Source: the human T2T-CHM13v2.0 reference genome, Homo sapiens
DNA length: 64,000 nucleotides
Direction: 5' to 3' (one strand)
Assembly: GCF_009914755.1 (NCBI RefSeq)
Contig: NC_060930.1
How positions within the stretch are numbered: position 1 is the first letter of the stretch; each line of letters begins with the position of its first letter. This document shows positions 63,640 to 64,000 of this stretch, piece by piece. The translations under genes were made by a program, and so were the position numbers. The notes under the pieces are model-generated. The model ran no database searches, was not told where the DNA came from, and was given only the letters and a program-made list of their open reading frames with translations.

Positions 63640-64000
63640 ATATAGACATATTTACAGATTAACACTTAACCGTGGTATATAATTTACTTTCAACTCTAGT
63701 AAGAAAGTTAAAAGGTAAAAATGTGTTAATGGATACATAATATTAAAAGAAGAAAACTGCAAGAACACAAAAGTGTGGGAGGGTGGAGGTTGTAAAGATG
63801 CAGTAGTATTTTTGTATGCATTTGAAGTTAAGTTGTTATCAACTTAAAATAGAAGAGTATAACCAAATATAATCAAAGTAAATCACGATTAAACGTTGTC
63901 GAATAACAAGACAATAAGAGGAAAAGAGGAGCAAAACAGTTGTCAAATAGACAGGAAGCAACAAACTGCCAATAGTAAGTCCTCACTTATTAGTAATTAC
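63640..64000 (+). mobile_element. Ancient L1M relic (inter-ORF / start of ORF2)
   Basis: aagttaagttgttatcaacttaaaatag and atagtaagtcctcacttattagtaattac motifs. Confidence 0.6.

Overview
AT-rich, Alu-dense primate genomic DNA. I recognise it as the human TAB2 locus (TAK1-binding protein 2 / MAP3K7IP2, 6q25), transcribed on the + strand. The window starts inside a long 5' intron and contains five coding exons (33885-33986, 41899-43399, 61482-61642, 61847-61940, 62982-63062). All have GT-AG boundaries and splice into one open frame covering TAB2 aa 1-646 (CUE domain, S/P/Q/T-rich disordered region, coiled coil). The promoter/first exon and the last exon (NZF zinc finger) lie outside the window. 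There is also a probable optional 149-nt 5'UTR exon (6526-6674). The rest is intronic: about 28 Alus, a full-length MSTA MaLR provirus, MLT1 LTRs, old L1M/L2 fragments, Tigger/Charlie DNA transposons and microsatellites. Almost all ORFs in the supplied track are repeat-derived noise. I see no new multi-gene system. The best leads are: (1) an AluYd-type insertion with a ~200-bp target-site duplication bounded by two opposite-strand L1-endonuclease sites; (2) an exactly 20-aa-periodic array of calcineurin PxIxIT-like motifs in the TAB2 disordered region; (3) two routes to a truncated TAB2 lacking the TAK1-binding and NZF domains (intron-3 read-through with a poly(A) signal, and an exon 2-3 circle); (4) overlapping uORFs; (5) a perfect 22-bp pre-miRNA-sized hairpin; (6) a fold-back templated copy of a neighbouring LTR. 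Repeat subfamily names were assigned by eye and their boundaries are approximate.
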